NCBI GenBank assembly: GCA_937922045.1
Contig: CAKZXA010000004.1
Location: 42,878-106,877 of the forward strand
Direction of reading: 5' to 3'
From: an uncultured Acidimicrobiales bacterium
Lineage (GTDB): Bacteria; Actinomycetota; Acidimicrobiia; Acidimicrobiales; SZUA-35
DNA: 64,000 nt
Made by a program: the position numbers and the translations under genes. How positions within the stretch are numbered: position 1 is the first letter of the stretch; each line of letters starts with the position of its first letter. A model generated the notes under the pieces. That model was not told the DNA's origin. It saw only the letters and a program-made list of their open reading frames with translations, and did not search any database. Of this stretch, positions 9,459 to 17,757 are shown piece by piece.

Positions 9459-10618
9459 CCTTCGATCCCTACGAGTTCGAACGGCTGAAGGCCGAAACAA
9501 TGAACGAGCTTGACGAAGCCGACCGCGCCAGCGGTGTCGAGCCCGATCCAGCCGCCCCTCACATAGGACAATCGGCTGTGCCTCCACTCACGCCGCCCCA
9601 GTCGGCGCAGGCACCTCAGCCGCCGCCGATGCAGGCTCTCCCCCAACGACGCCTGTGCCGGGCCCCCAACACGTCGGGTGCCGGTGTTGCCATGGGGCTC
9701 GCCCAGTACCTCGACCTCGATGTTGTCATCGTTCGATTGATATTCATTCTGTCAACCGTGTTCACAGGCGGGGCTGGCTTGCTCGTTTACCTCGCGGCAT
9801 CGATCATCGTGCCGAAAGCCGACGTGTGGCCGCCGGCTCCATCGGTGGCGCCGTTGAACTGGCGCGAGCCTATGCGCAACGATCGTAACGCTGTGGCCTT
9901 GGCCATAGCCGCGGCTCTGGCGGTGGTGGTCGCCCTCTCCGGCTCCGGGCCGACCCAGCTGATCCTGGCCGTCGTTCTCGTCGTCGGCGGCGTCTGGCTA
10001 CTCAATGACCAGCCCGACTCTTCGGCACCTTTCGCTGGCACCGCGCCCCAGCCCCCACCGTATGCCGCACCCACGTATGCCGCACCCACCTATGGCGGCC
10101 CCGGCTATGGGACCGCAGCTCCTGGCGGCCCAGCGCTCAACGCTGCTGGTCACGGCATTCCAGCGCCTCCAAACGCGGTCCCAACCCACCGACACCGCCG
10201 ACGGTTTCGACCCTTCCGAGCTATGGCCGCCGTCGGGCTCCTACTCCTCGGCCTCGCCGCGGTGGCGGGCACGACCATCGACTTCAGCGACTTCAGCGTC
10301 GGTGAAGTAACGCTCAGCCCCAGTTCGGTAACCGACATCGAGCGAACCATCACCTTGAGCGCAGGCGAAGTCAACCTCGACCTGTCCGGCCTTACGAAGA
10401 GCGAACTCGTCGAAGACGCTCCACACCGGATTTCCGTGTCGGTCGGCGCAGGCGAAGCCTCGATCATCACGCCGAAAGACGTTCCCGTTGAGATCACCAC
10501 CGATATTGGCGTCGGGTCGCTCGACAATGACGTCGACCAGCCCGATGGCGATGAAGAACCCCTCATCATTCTGGACATCTCCGTTGGCGCTGGCGATATC
10601 AGCGTTACGAGCGACTAG
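9455..10618 (+). CDS. PspC-domain membrane protein with a Pro-rich linker and a C-terminal LiaF/DUF4097-like beta-rich domain
   Basis: PspC segment (GVAMGLAQYLDLDVVIVRLIFILSTVF...YLAASIIVPK), TM helices and a P/Y/A-rich repeat. The C-terminus has repeated xVxVGAGxxxI patterns (ISVSVGAGEASII, LDISVGAGDISVT), as in LiaF-type proteins. Confidence 0.7.
   Translation: MTFDPYEFERLKAETMNELDEADRASGVEPDPAAPHIGQSAVPPLTPPQSAQAPQPPPMQALPQRRLCRAPNTSGAGVAMGLAQYLDLDVVIVRLIFILSTVFTGGAGLLVYLAASIIVPKADVWPPAPSVAPLNWREPMRNDRNAVALAIAAALAVVVALSGSGPTQLILAVVLVVGGVWLLNDQPDSSAPFAGTAPQPPPYAAPTYAAPTYGGPGYGTAAPGGPALNAAGHGIPAPPNAVPTHRHRRRFRPFRAMAAVGLLLLGLAAVAGTTIDFSDFSVGEVTLSPSSVTDIERTITLSAGEVNLDLSGLTKSELVEDAPHRISVSVGAGEASIITPKDVPVEITTDIGVGSLDNDVDQPDGDEEPLIILDISVGAGDISVTSD
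10061..10105 (+). repeat. In-frame 15-bp tandem repeat (3 units) encoding YAAPT-YAAPT-YGGPG
   Basis: tatgccgcacccacg / tatgccgcacccacc / tatggcggccccggc, read directly. It lies in the Pro-rich linker of the 9455-10618 gene. Confidence 0.85.
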
Positions 10619-10624
10619 CCGATC

Positions 10625-11839
10625 TTAGGAATCGGTCTGGTGACGGCGCAGCTCACGACGAGCGATAACCATGCGATGGACCTCATCCGGACCATCAGCG
10701 ATCCGCAAGGATCGCAGGCTGGCATACCAGTTGGCCAATGGCGTGTCGTCGGAAACCCCGGCCGCTCCATGAACCTGGATGGCCCGGTCGACGATGCTAC
10801 AGGCAGCCTCGAGCACGTGAACCTTGAGCAGCGACATGGTGGGAGCTGCCGCCTTGTCCCCCTCATTATCCATTAGCCAGGCGGTACGCAGGGTGAGCAA
10901 CCGCGCCGCCTCGATCTGGATTCGGGCATCGGCCACCCAGTCCATCACGTTTGATCGAGTGGAGACCAAGGCCCCAAAGGTCGATCGTTGCTGCGCTCGC
11001 TGGCACATGAGAGCCAGCGCAGCCTCAGCGATTCCGATGCTTCGCATACAGTGCTGAACCCGGGCAGGACCGAGCCGAGCCTGTCCGATGGCGAAGCCAC
11101 CGCCGACCTGGCCCAGCAGCGCCGAATCGGGTAGGCGCACCTGGTCGAAATCCAACTCAGCGTGCCCGTGGCCGACGTCGAAGTAGCCGAACTTCGGAAG
11201 GTCGCGCACGACGGTGAGGCCGGGGGTGTCTCGCGGAACGATGAAGACCGAGTGTCGACCGTGGCGGCCAGACGAAGCGCTGGTGTCGGTAGTGGCCAGC
11301 ACCATCAGGTACGCACAGGAAGGGTGCATCACGCCACTGATGTACCACTTGCGGCCGTTGAGAACCCAGCCATCAGCGACCGGTGAAGCCTCCATGGCAA
11401 TGTTGGAGGCGTCGCTCGACGCTGTGTCGGGCTCGGTCATGGCGAAGGCCGACCGGATCATGCCGTCGAGCTGGGGTCGAAGCCAGCGCTCTTTTTGCTC
11501 GTCCGAACCGTAGATCAACAGGGCATCGGCGTTGATGCTGCTGGGAGCATCACAGTTCAACGCCTCCTGCGCTACTCGGCTTGTTCCCAACATCTCGGCT
11601 AGCGGCGCGTAATCGACAAAGCTCAGCCCCGGGCCGCAGTCTGGATCGCGCACGCACAGGTTCCACAAACCAGCCGACTTGGCCTCGGTCTTGAGATGTT
11701 CAAGCGTGGCCGAAACGGTTCCGGGTTCGGCCGCTATCTCTTCGGCCACCCTCCCCTCGGCCGGTGTTATCACCTCGTCGAGAAAGGACCGGAGTTCTCT
11801 GGCATAGCCTGACGACCTCGTCGATTGGGTGAAGTCCAT
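10625..11839 (-). CDS. Acyl-CoA dehydrogenase family protein
   Basis: 404 aa with ACAD hallmarks (AFAMTEPDTASSDASN, WYISGV, C-terminal catalytic region IADGPDEVHRMVIAR). Confidence 0.9.
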   Translation of the reverse strand: MDFTQSTRSSGYARELRSFLDEVITPAEGRVAEEIAAEPGTVSATLEHLKTEAKSAGLWNLCVRDPDCGPGLSFVDYAPLAEMLGTSRVAQEALNCDAPSSINADALLIYGSDEQKERWLRPQLDGMIRSAFAMTEPDTASSDASNIAMEASPVADGWVLNGRKWYISGVMHPSCAYLMVLATTDTSASSGRHGRHSVFIVPRDTPGLTVVRDLPKFGYFDVGHGHAELDFDQVRLPDSALLGQVGGGFAIGQARLGPARVQHCMRSIGIAEAALALMCQRAQQRSTFGALVSTRSNVMDWVADARIQIEAARLLTLRTAWLMDNEGDKAAAPTMSLLKVHVLEAACSIVDRAIQVHGAAGVSDDTPLANWYASLRSLRIADGPDEVHRMVIARRELRRHQTDS

Positions 11840-11860
11840 CTCAATGCCTGACTCGCGGCC

Positions 11861-12904
11861 TCATACTACCGCTAGCTGAGTGATCGGTTGACCCGCCAAC
11901 GTGGGACCTGAGGTATGCAGATGGCATCGCACCCAACCACCGTCGTCGAGTGGAAACGGATCGGGGAACTGGGTTGAGCAGATGTCCAGTGCATGAGGGC
12001 ACCGCTCGGCAAAGGGGCACGACTCCGTCGGCGCGCTGCCCGATGCGCCTAGCTCGCCTCCTACCGTCAGCTCACGCCGACGTCGGCTCTTCAAGGGTTG
12101 AAGCTTCGGGTCAGGGTCCGGGATCGAGGCCAGCAGGAGCTCCGTGTAGGGATGCCGCGGCTCCTCACAGAGCCGATCCGCCTCACCGGTCTCGACGATG
12201 CGGCTGTGATACATCACCGCTATCCGATCGGAGATATGACGCACGACGGCCAGGTCGTGAGCGATGAAGAGGTAGGCGGCACCGGTCTCGTCCTGCAACC
12301 GCTCCAGCAAATTGATGACCTGGCTCTGCGTCGACACATCCAGGGCGGAGACCGGCTCGTCCAGCACCAGTAGTTCTGGTTCGGTGGCGAGCGCTCGAGC
12401 CACCGCTATTCGCTGGCGCTGCCCGCCCGAGAACTCATAGGGATAGCGCTCCAGATGGTGTGCCTCCAGGCCAACGCTGATCAGCAACTCGGCGGCTCGA
12501 GCTTGGCGGGCCGCCCGGTCGAGGCCGAAGTGGAGCTGTAGGGGCTCGCCAACGATTTGGCCGACCGTCATCGAGGGGTTCAGCGACCCGACCGGGTCCT
12601 GAAAGACCACCTGGACCGCCCGTCGATAGGCGGCGGGAACGCTGCGGCCAAAGCCGGTCACGTCGAAATCACCAAACCGGATCGTGCCCGATGCTGGCTG
12701 GATGAACTGCAGTACGGCGCGCCCGATCGTGGTCTTTCCCGACCCCGACTCGCCAACCAAGCCCAACGTCTCTCCTCGCCCGATCGACAAGGATGCGCCC
12801 TGAACCGCCTTGACGTCGGACTGTCGTTGCCACGGCCACTGGCCCCGGCCACCGGGAAAGGTGATGGCAAGGTCGCTGATCTCCAACAGTGGACGTTCAG
12901 TCAT
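11861..12904 (-). CDS. Peptide/nickel ABC transporter ATP-binding protein (DppF/OppF-like)
   Basis: The ORF reaches 13030, but its first 42 aa are Arg-rich and overlap the upstream gene. ATG at 12904 (MTERPLLEISDLAITF) overlaps the upstream stop by 8 nt. Walker A GESGSGKTT, FSGGQRQRIAVARA, LLVLDEPVSALD, and a C-terminal oligopeptide-type extension with Cys residues. Confidence 0.85.
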   Translation of the reverse strand: MTERPLLEISDLAITFPGGRGQWPWQRQSDVKAVQGASLSIGRGETLGLVGESGSGKTTIGRAVLQFIQPASGTIRFGDFDVTGFGRSVPAAYRRAVQVVFQDPVGSLNPSMTVGQIVGEPLQLHFGLDRAARQARAAELLISVGLEAHHLERYPYEFSGGQRQRIAVARALATEPELLVLDEPVSALDVSTQSQVINLLERLQDETGAAYLFIAHDLAVVRHISDRIAVMYHSRIVETGEADRLCEEPRHPYTELLLASIPDPDPKLQPLKSRRRRELTVGGELGASGSAPTESCPFAERCPHALDICSTQFPDPFPLDDGGWVRCHLHTSGPTLAGQPITQLAVV

Positions 12905-14951
12905 AACGCGGCACCTCCTCGGTGGCCTTCGAGGTTTCGCCCGGATTTTGGAACGCTGCGGCCCCACCGATGCCGAGCACGACCGACTCGTTGGCCACAC
13001 CGTCGAGGTCGAGCTCCTCGGCCCGCACACAACGCGTCAACGAGTGCCCAGCGGGCTGCAACTCGATTGGTTGGTCGCAGCGCTCGTCGGCGTAATCGCA
13101 GCGAGGAGCGAAGTGACAGCCTGTTGGCCATTGCCACGGAGGCGGCACGACGCCAGGGATCGTGGCCAGCTCAGAGCTTCGGTTCTCATTGCGAGGAATC
13201 GCCCTGATCATCCCTTCGGTGTAGGGGTGGTTCGGCTCATGGAAGACCTCGGCCAAGCGCCCGGTCTCCACAATCTGACCGGCATACATGACCGCCACCC
13301 GATCGGCTAGGTCGGCAACAACGCCAAGATCATGGGTGATCAGAAGGACCGAGACCCCGAGCTCTTCGGACAGCTCACCGAGCAGATCGAGAACCTGGCC
13401 CTGCACGGTTACGTCGAGGGCGGTTGTCGGTTCATCGGCGATCAACAGCTTGGGCCGACAGGCCAAGGCCATAGCGATAACGACCCGTTGAGCCATGCCT
13501 CCGGAGAACTGGTGAGGGTAGGCATCTATGCGGACCTCTGGGTTCGGGATGCCAACGCGAGTCATCAACTCGATCGTCCGTTGCCTGGCCGCCGACTTGC
13601 TCAGGCCAAGGTGGTGTCGTAACGGCTCACTGATCTGACGCCCCACCGTGTAGGCCGGATTCAGTGCCGCCGACGGCTCCTGAGAAATGAGACCGATCTC
13701 CTTGCCGCGAATCGACCGCAGCTCATCGAAGTCTTTGCCGACGAGTTCTTCACCGTCGAACATGATGGAGGAGGCCGACGCCTGGCCTGGGTCAGGCACA
13801 AGACCGAGCAAGGAAAGAGCCGAAATCGATTTGCCAGAACCCGACTCTCCTACCAGCGCCAAGACCTCGCCATGGGCGATGTCGAAATTCACGCCCTGCA
13901 CAACAGCAACATCTTCGCTGGTCCCGGGGCGAGGGAAGTGAACCGAGAGATCCCGCACCGAAACGATGCTGTCTCGCGAGGGGCCAGCACCGGAGGCTGG
14001 AGCCCGAACCACGTCGCCAACGCCGACACGACCACCACGAGCTTCTCGGCCAAACGCATCGCGGAGTCCGTCACCCAACACGTTGAACGCCACAACCGTC
14101 ACGAAGATAGCCAAACCGGGTGGGATGGCCGGCCAGATGGCCCGGTTGATATTGGTCTTTGCGTTGTTCAGCATCAAGCCCCAACTGACCTGGTCCTGAT
14201 TGGCGCCTAGGCCAAGAAAACTCAGGGCCGCCTCCGCCAGCACCGACTGAGCGAACAGCAGCGTGGTCTGCACGATCAAGGCCGGGGCGATGTTTGGCAA
14301 GATATGGCGGAACATGATGCGTCGGTTGGAGGCTCCCGACGCCCTGGCCCCGTCGACGTAGAGTTCTTCGCGTGCGGCGAAGACCTCGGCCCTGGTGAGC
14401 CGGGTGATGACCATCGAATAGACGATGCCGATGGCGAACATGGCCTTCACGAGGCCCGGTCCAACCACCGCGATGATGGCGATAGCGAGCACGACAGCCG
14501 GGATGGCGACCAGGGTCTCCACAAACCGCATTATGATGCGATCGACCCAGCCGCGGAAATAGCCGATGAGCAGACCGAGCGGAATGCCGATCCCCAAGGC
14601 AACCGTGCACGCAATCAGCCCGGCCAGCAGGGCATAGCGACCGCCGTAGACGATACGGGTAAGGATGTCTCGACCCACCGCGTCGGTACCCAGCCAGTAG
14701 TCGCCGCTCGGCGGTTTGAAGAAGTCGGAAAAGTTCGTGGCCTGGTTCGGATCGTGACCGGTGATGAAGGGCGCCAACAACACCGAGCAAACAGCCAAGA
14801 CCATGAGAAAGCCAGCAGCAGCGAGCGCTACCTTGTTTCGCTTGAAACGAATCCAGAAGCGGTTTTTGCCGTCCCCAGCGTCACCGTCTTCGAGCCCTGA
14901 GCCATCAGCGGGCGGGATCGGCTCGGCAACGAGAAGTTCGATCTCGCTCAT
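12897..14951 (-). CDS. Fused ABC permease (DppC/OppC-like) and ATP-binding protein (DppD/OppD-like)
   Basis: Single 684-aa ORF. The N-terminal ~300 aa is a BPD-type permease (EAA-loop region YVDGARASGASNRRIMFRHILPN). The C-terminal ~330 aa is an ATPase (GESGSGKS, FSGGMAQRVVIAMA, LLIADEPTTALD). Confidence 0.85.
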   Translation of the reverse strand: MSEIELLVAEPIPPADGSGLEDGDAGDGKNRFWIRFKRNKVALAAAGFLMVLAVCSVLLAPFITGHDPNQATNFSDFFKPPSGDYWLGTDAVGRDILTRIVYGGRYALLAGLIACTVALGIGIPLGLLIGYFRGWVDRIIMRFVETLVAIPAVVLAIAIIAVVGPGLVKAMFAIGIVYSMVITRLTRAEVFAAREELYVDGARASGASNRRIMFRHILPNIAPALIVQTTLLFAQSVLAEAALSFLGLGANQDQVSWGLMLNNAKTNINRAIWPAIPPGLAIFVTVVAFNVLGDGLRDAFGREARGGRVGVGDVVRAPASGAGPSRDSIVSVRDLSVHFPRPGTSEDVAVVQGVNFDIAHGEVLALVGESGSGKSISALSLLGLVPDPGQASASSIMFDGEELVGKDFDELRSIRGKEIGLISQEPSAALNPAYTVGRQISEPLRHHLGLSKSAARQRTIELMTRVGIPNPEVRIDAYPHQFSGGMAQRVVIAMALACRPKLLIADEPTTALDVTVQGQVLDLLGELSEELGVSVLLITHDLGVVADLADRVAVMYAGQIVETGRLAEVFHEPNHPYTEGMIRAIPRNENRSSELATIPGVVPPPWQWPTGCHFAPRCDYADERCDQPIELQPAGHSLTRCVRAEELDLDGVANESVVLGIGGAAAFQNPGETSKATEEVPRYD

Positions 14952-15889
14952 TTGCGCACCTTAGGATTGAGCCAGGCGTAGCTCATGTCCAGCAAGATGT
15001 TGGCCACGACGACAACGAATGTCGTGATCATCACAAAGCCCAGGGTGACAGGCACATTCTTTCGGAGTACGGAATCGACGCCAGCGGTGCCAAGCCCCGG
15101 AACGTTGAAGATGAACTCTACGAAGATGGCGCCACCGATCAGGGCGGAAAGCTGGAACCCGACCAGTGTGACGACCGGGATCGCCGCGTTGCGAAGAGCA
15201 TGGCGAAACAGCACTCGTCGAACGGGAAGGCCCTTGGCCAAGGCGGTGCGAATGTAGTCTTGCTGCAGCACGCCGATCATCGACGATCGAGTCTGGCGGG
15301 CGATCGCGGCCGAAGAGGCTGTGCCTAGGGCGATACAGGGCAGCACGATGCTGTACAGCCAACCGCCGAGGGTTTCGGTTCGCTCCCCGGTCCAGATAGC
15401 GGGGAACCATCCAAGCTTGACGGCGAAGACCGCAGCCAGAATTAGGGCAACCCAGAAATTGGGGACGGCGATGCCAAGCGAGGACGTCACGGTGATCAGA
15501 CGATCCTGCCAGCGACCGGCCTTGATCGCCGCCATCACCCCGAGACTTACCCCGAGCGTCAGAGCGATCAGCAATGAACCGAACACGATCGAGAAGGTAA
15601 CGTTGGCTCGGCGGATCAGCTCGGTGGTCACCGATTCCCCGGTGAACCACGACTCACCCAGGTCGCCTCGCACCGCGCTCGACAACCAATCGAAGTACTG
15701 CTCCAAAACCGGCCGATCAAGGCCGAGTTCGGCCCGTTTGGCTGCAATGGTTTCGAGGTTGACGTCGTCACCGAGCAAGGCGGCTGTCGGATCGACGGGG
15801 TTCAGCTGCGACATGAAGAAAACGATGGTTCCCACGCCGAGCATCAGCGGAATCGCTGCCGCCAGCCGCACGAGTAGCAATCTGAACAA
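14948..15889 (-). CDS. Peptide ABC transporter permease (DppB/OppB-like)
   Basis: 313 aa. N-terminus MFRLLLVRLAAAIPLMLGV..., EAA loop YIRTALAKGLPVRRVLFRHALRNA. It overlaps the downstream fused gene by 4 nt. Confidence 0.9.
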   Translation of the reverse strand: MFRLLLVRLAAAIPLMLGVGTIVFFMSQLNPVDPTAALLGDDVNLETIAAKRAELGLDRPVLEQYFDWLSSAVRGDLGESWFTGESVTTELIRRANVTFSIVFGSLLIALTLGVSLGVMAAIKAGRWQDRLITVTSSLGIAVPNFWVALILAAVFAVKLGWFPAIWTGERTETLGGWLYSIVLPCIALGTASSAAIARQTRSSMIGVLQQDYIRTALAKGLPVRRVLFRHALRNAAIPVVTLVGFQLSALIGGAIFVEFIFNVPGLGTAGVDSVLRKNVPVTLGFVMITTFVVVVANILLDMSYAWLNPKVRK

Positions 15890-15915
15890 ACGCCTACTCC
15901 CCTCGAAACGTCACG

Positions 15916-15948
15916 ACCCGCCGACGGCCGCAAGGGCCGTCGGCGGGT
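15916..15948 (-). terminator. Intercistronic stem-loop after the peptide binding-protein gene
   Basis: Perfect 14-bp inverted repeat acccgccgacggcc / ggccgtcggcgggt with a 5-nt loop, between the SBP stop (15971) and the permease start (15889). Confidence 0.5.
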
Positions 15949-15970
15949 TGCAACATCAGACCCTCGTCAA

Positions 15971-17617
15971 CTAGCCCTCGACGCGAACACCGTAGGGCAT
16001 AGGGGCCTGCATATTCAGACCCATCGTGACCCCCGTTACGTTCGGGGCGTGGAAGCCGTTCTGGCCACCATGAGCCAGCGGAATCAGAATGCCCCGCTCG
16101 ACGAGCTGAACGACCGCCTCGGCGTACATCGGCCGAGCCTCGGCCGGGCTCTTCGTGGCAGCCTCGGCGAGAAGATCGGCGATGTCTTTGGTGTCCGCCG
16201 CTCCAAACACATCGTAGGTGCCGCCCTCGACGAACTTCGGCAGGTCGTTGGCGGGGTGATAGAGCAGGTCGCGGAACCAGGAGATGCCCCAGTCGCCTTG
16301 ACGGGTTCGGGGGCCGAGCTCGCCATTGTTGATCTGGATGATCTCAACGTCGATACCGGTCGCGCCCAGCATCTGAATCGTCAAATCCATGTGAGGCTGG
16401 ATCGCTGGCATGACCGGCATCTGCACCGTCACCCCGTCCGGATACCCAGCCTCGGCCAGGAGGGTCTTCGCCTGGTCCGGATCATAGGTCATCAGTTCAT
16501 TGAGTTCAGGTGAGTGCCAATCCCCAAAGGCTGGAGGGTAAACGCCGCCTAGCGAGTCGCCCTTGCCCGAGTGAATGCCGTTGTTGTAGGCATCTCGATC
16601 GATCGACAGGGCAATAGCTCGTCGTACGTTCTCATCGGCCAGCGGCTCATCGATCGACCCGTCGCGGCCGGTGATAACGATGTACGGGAAGTAGTTCGGT
16701 ACCGCAACCAGGGTGTTGCCGGCGGCCAACAGATCGTCGACCTGAGCGTCGCGGGTGGTGGCCATGATGTCGGCATCGCCGGTGAGCAAGGCATTGGCTC
16801 GCGCATTGTTGTCGGGGACGGCGGTGACGATGATCTTTTCCACGCCCTGGTCGGCGGGATTCCAGTAGTCGGCGTTGAGATCGTAGGCTTCGGTGACACC
16901 AGCTTCGGACTCAGCTTCGTTCCAGATCCATGGCCCGGACCCCTGAGGGTTACGGGTGAGGTCGGCGTCGAGCGATGCCGGGCTGACCATCATGCCCATC
17001 ACCATCGACATCTGCATGGGGAACTGGGGTTGGGGGGTGTCGAAACTCACGGTGAGCTCATGCTCGCCGCTCGCTTCAGCGCCGCTCATGCCGACCCAGG
17101 TCGCAGCGTTGGGGTTACCCTCGCTTGCCTTGGCCCGCTCCATGTTGGCAGCAGCAACCTCAGCCGTAAATGCCTCACCATCGTGGAAGGTCACATCGTC
17201 GCGAAGCTCAAAGACCCACGTATTGGGGTCGGGCTGCGTCCACGATGTGGCCAGCGCTGGTTCCAACCCGAACTCACTATTCTGGCGGGTCAGGGTGTCG
17301 TAGACCGGGTAGAGGTAGGCGCTCTGCGCTGTTTGTGCTCCGGCTGGATCGAACGTGGTAACCGGCGAGAACTCGACAAAGCGAAGCGTGCCGCTGGCGG
17401 CCGCCGTCTCCTCCGGTTCGGGTTCCTCTTCTTCCTCGGCCTCTGAATCGCCGACCGTTGTCGAGATCGCAGCCGCCGTCGTCGGCGTCGTTTCCGCCGA
17501 CTCATCGGCGTCGGTTGTTTCGGTGTCGTCATCGCCGGATCCACAGGCTGATGCCAGCAGGGCGATGGTGAAGACCATCGTCAAAAGACGACGCCATCGG
17601 GAAGTTGCTACGAACAC
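15971..17617 (-). CDS. ABC substrate-binding lipoprotein, family 5 (peptide/nickel type)
   Basis: The ORF runs to 17740. I prefer GTG at 17617, which is preceded by GGGGGGA and gives VFVATSRWRRLLTMVFTIALLASAC|GS (lipobox). The body is typical SBP_bac_5 (TLRFVEFSPVTTFDP, YDTLTR). Confidence 0.85.
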   Translation of the reverse strand: MFVATSRWRRLLTMVFTIALLASACGSGDDDTETTDADESAETTPTTAAAISTTVGDSEAEEEEEPEPEETAAASGTLRFVEFSPVTTFDPAGAQTAQSAYLYPVYDTLTRQNSEFGLEPALATSWTQPDPNTWVFELRDDVTFHDGEAFTAEVAAANMERAKASEGNPNAATWVGMSGAEASGEHELTVSFDTPQPQFPMQMSMVMGMMVSPASLDADLTRNPQGSGPWIWNEAESEAGVTEAYDLNADYWNPADQGVEKIIVTAVPDNNARANALLTGDADIMATTRDAQVDDLLAAGNTLVAVPNYFPYIVITGRDGSIDEPLADENVRRAIALSIDRDAYNNGIHSGKGDSLGGVYPPAFGDWHSPELNELMTYDPDQAKTLLAEAGYPDGVTVQMPVMPAIQPHMDLTIQMLGATGIDVEIIQINNGELGPRTRQGDWGISWFRDLLYHPANDLPKFVEGGTYDVFGAADTKDIADLLAEAATKSPAEARPMYAEAVVQLVERGILIPLAHGGQNGFHAPNVTGVTMGLNMQAPMPYGVRVEG

Positions 17618-17757
17618 GAGATTCCCCCCTCGTTGTTGTTTCGACAGACAGATTGTTGTCGCGGTTGTTTGCAACGACATTAGGCACAGCCCGGTCGGTG
17701 CAGCAAAACCAATCGAGCAGCAAACCTGGAGCGCAGCCAACGGTGATTGCAGGCAAC

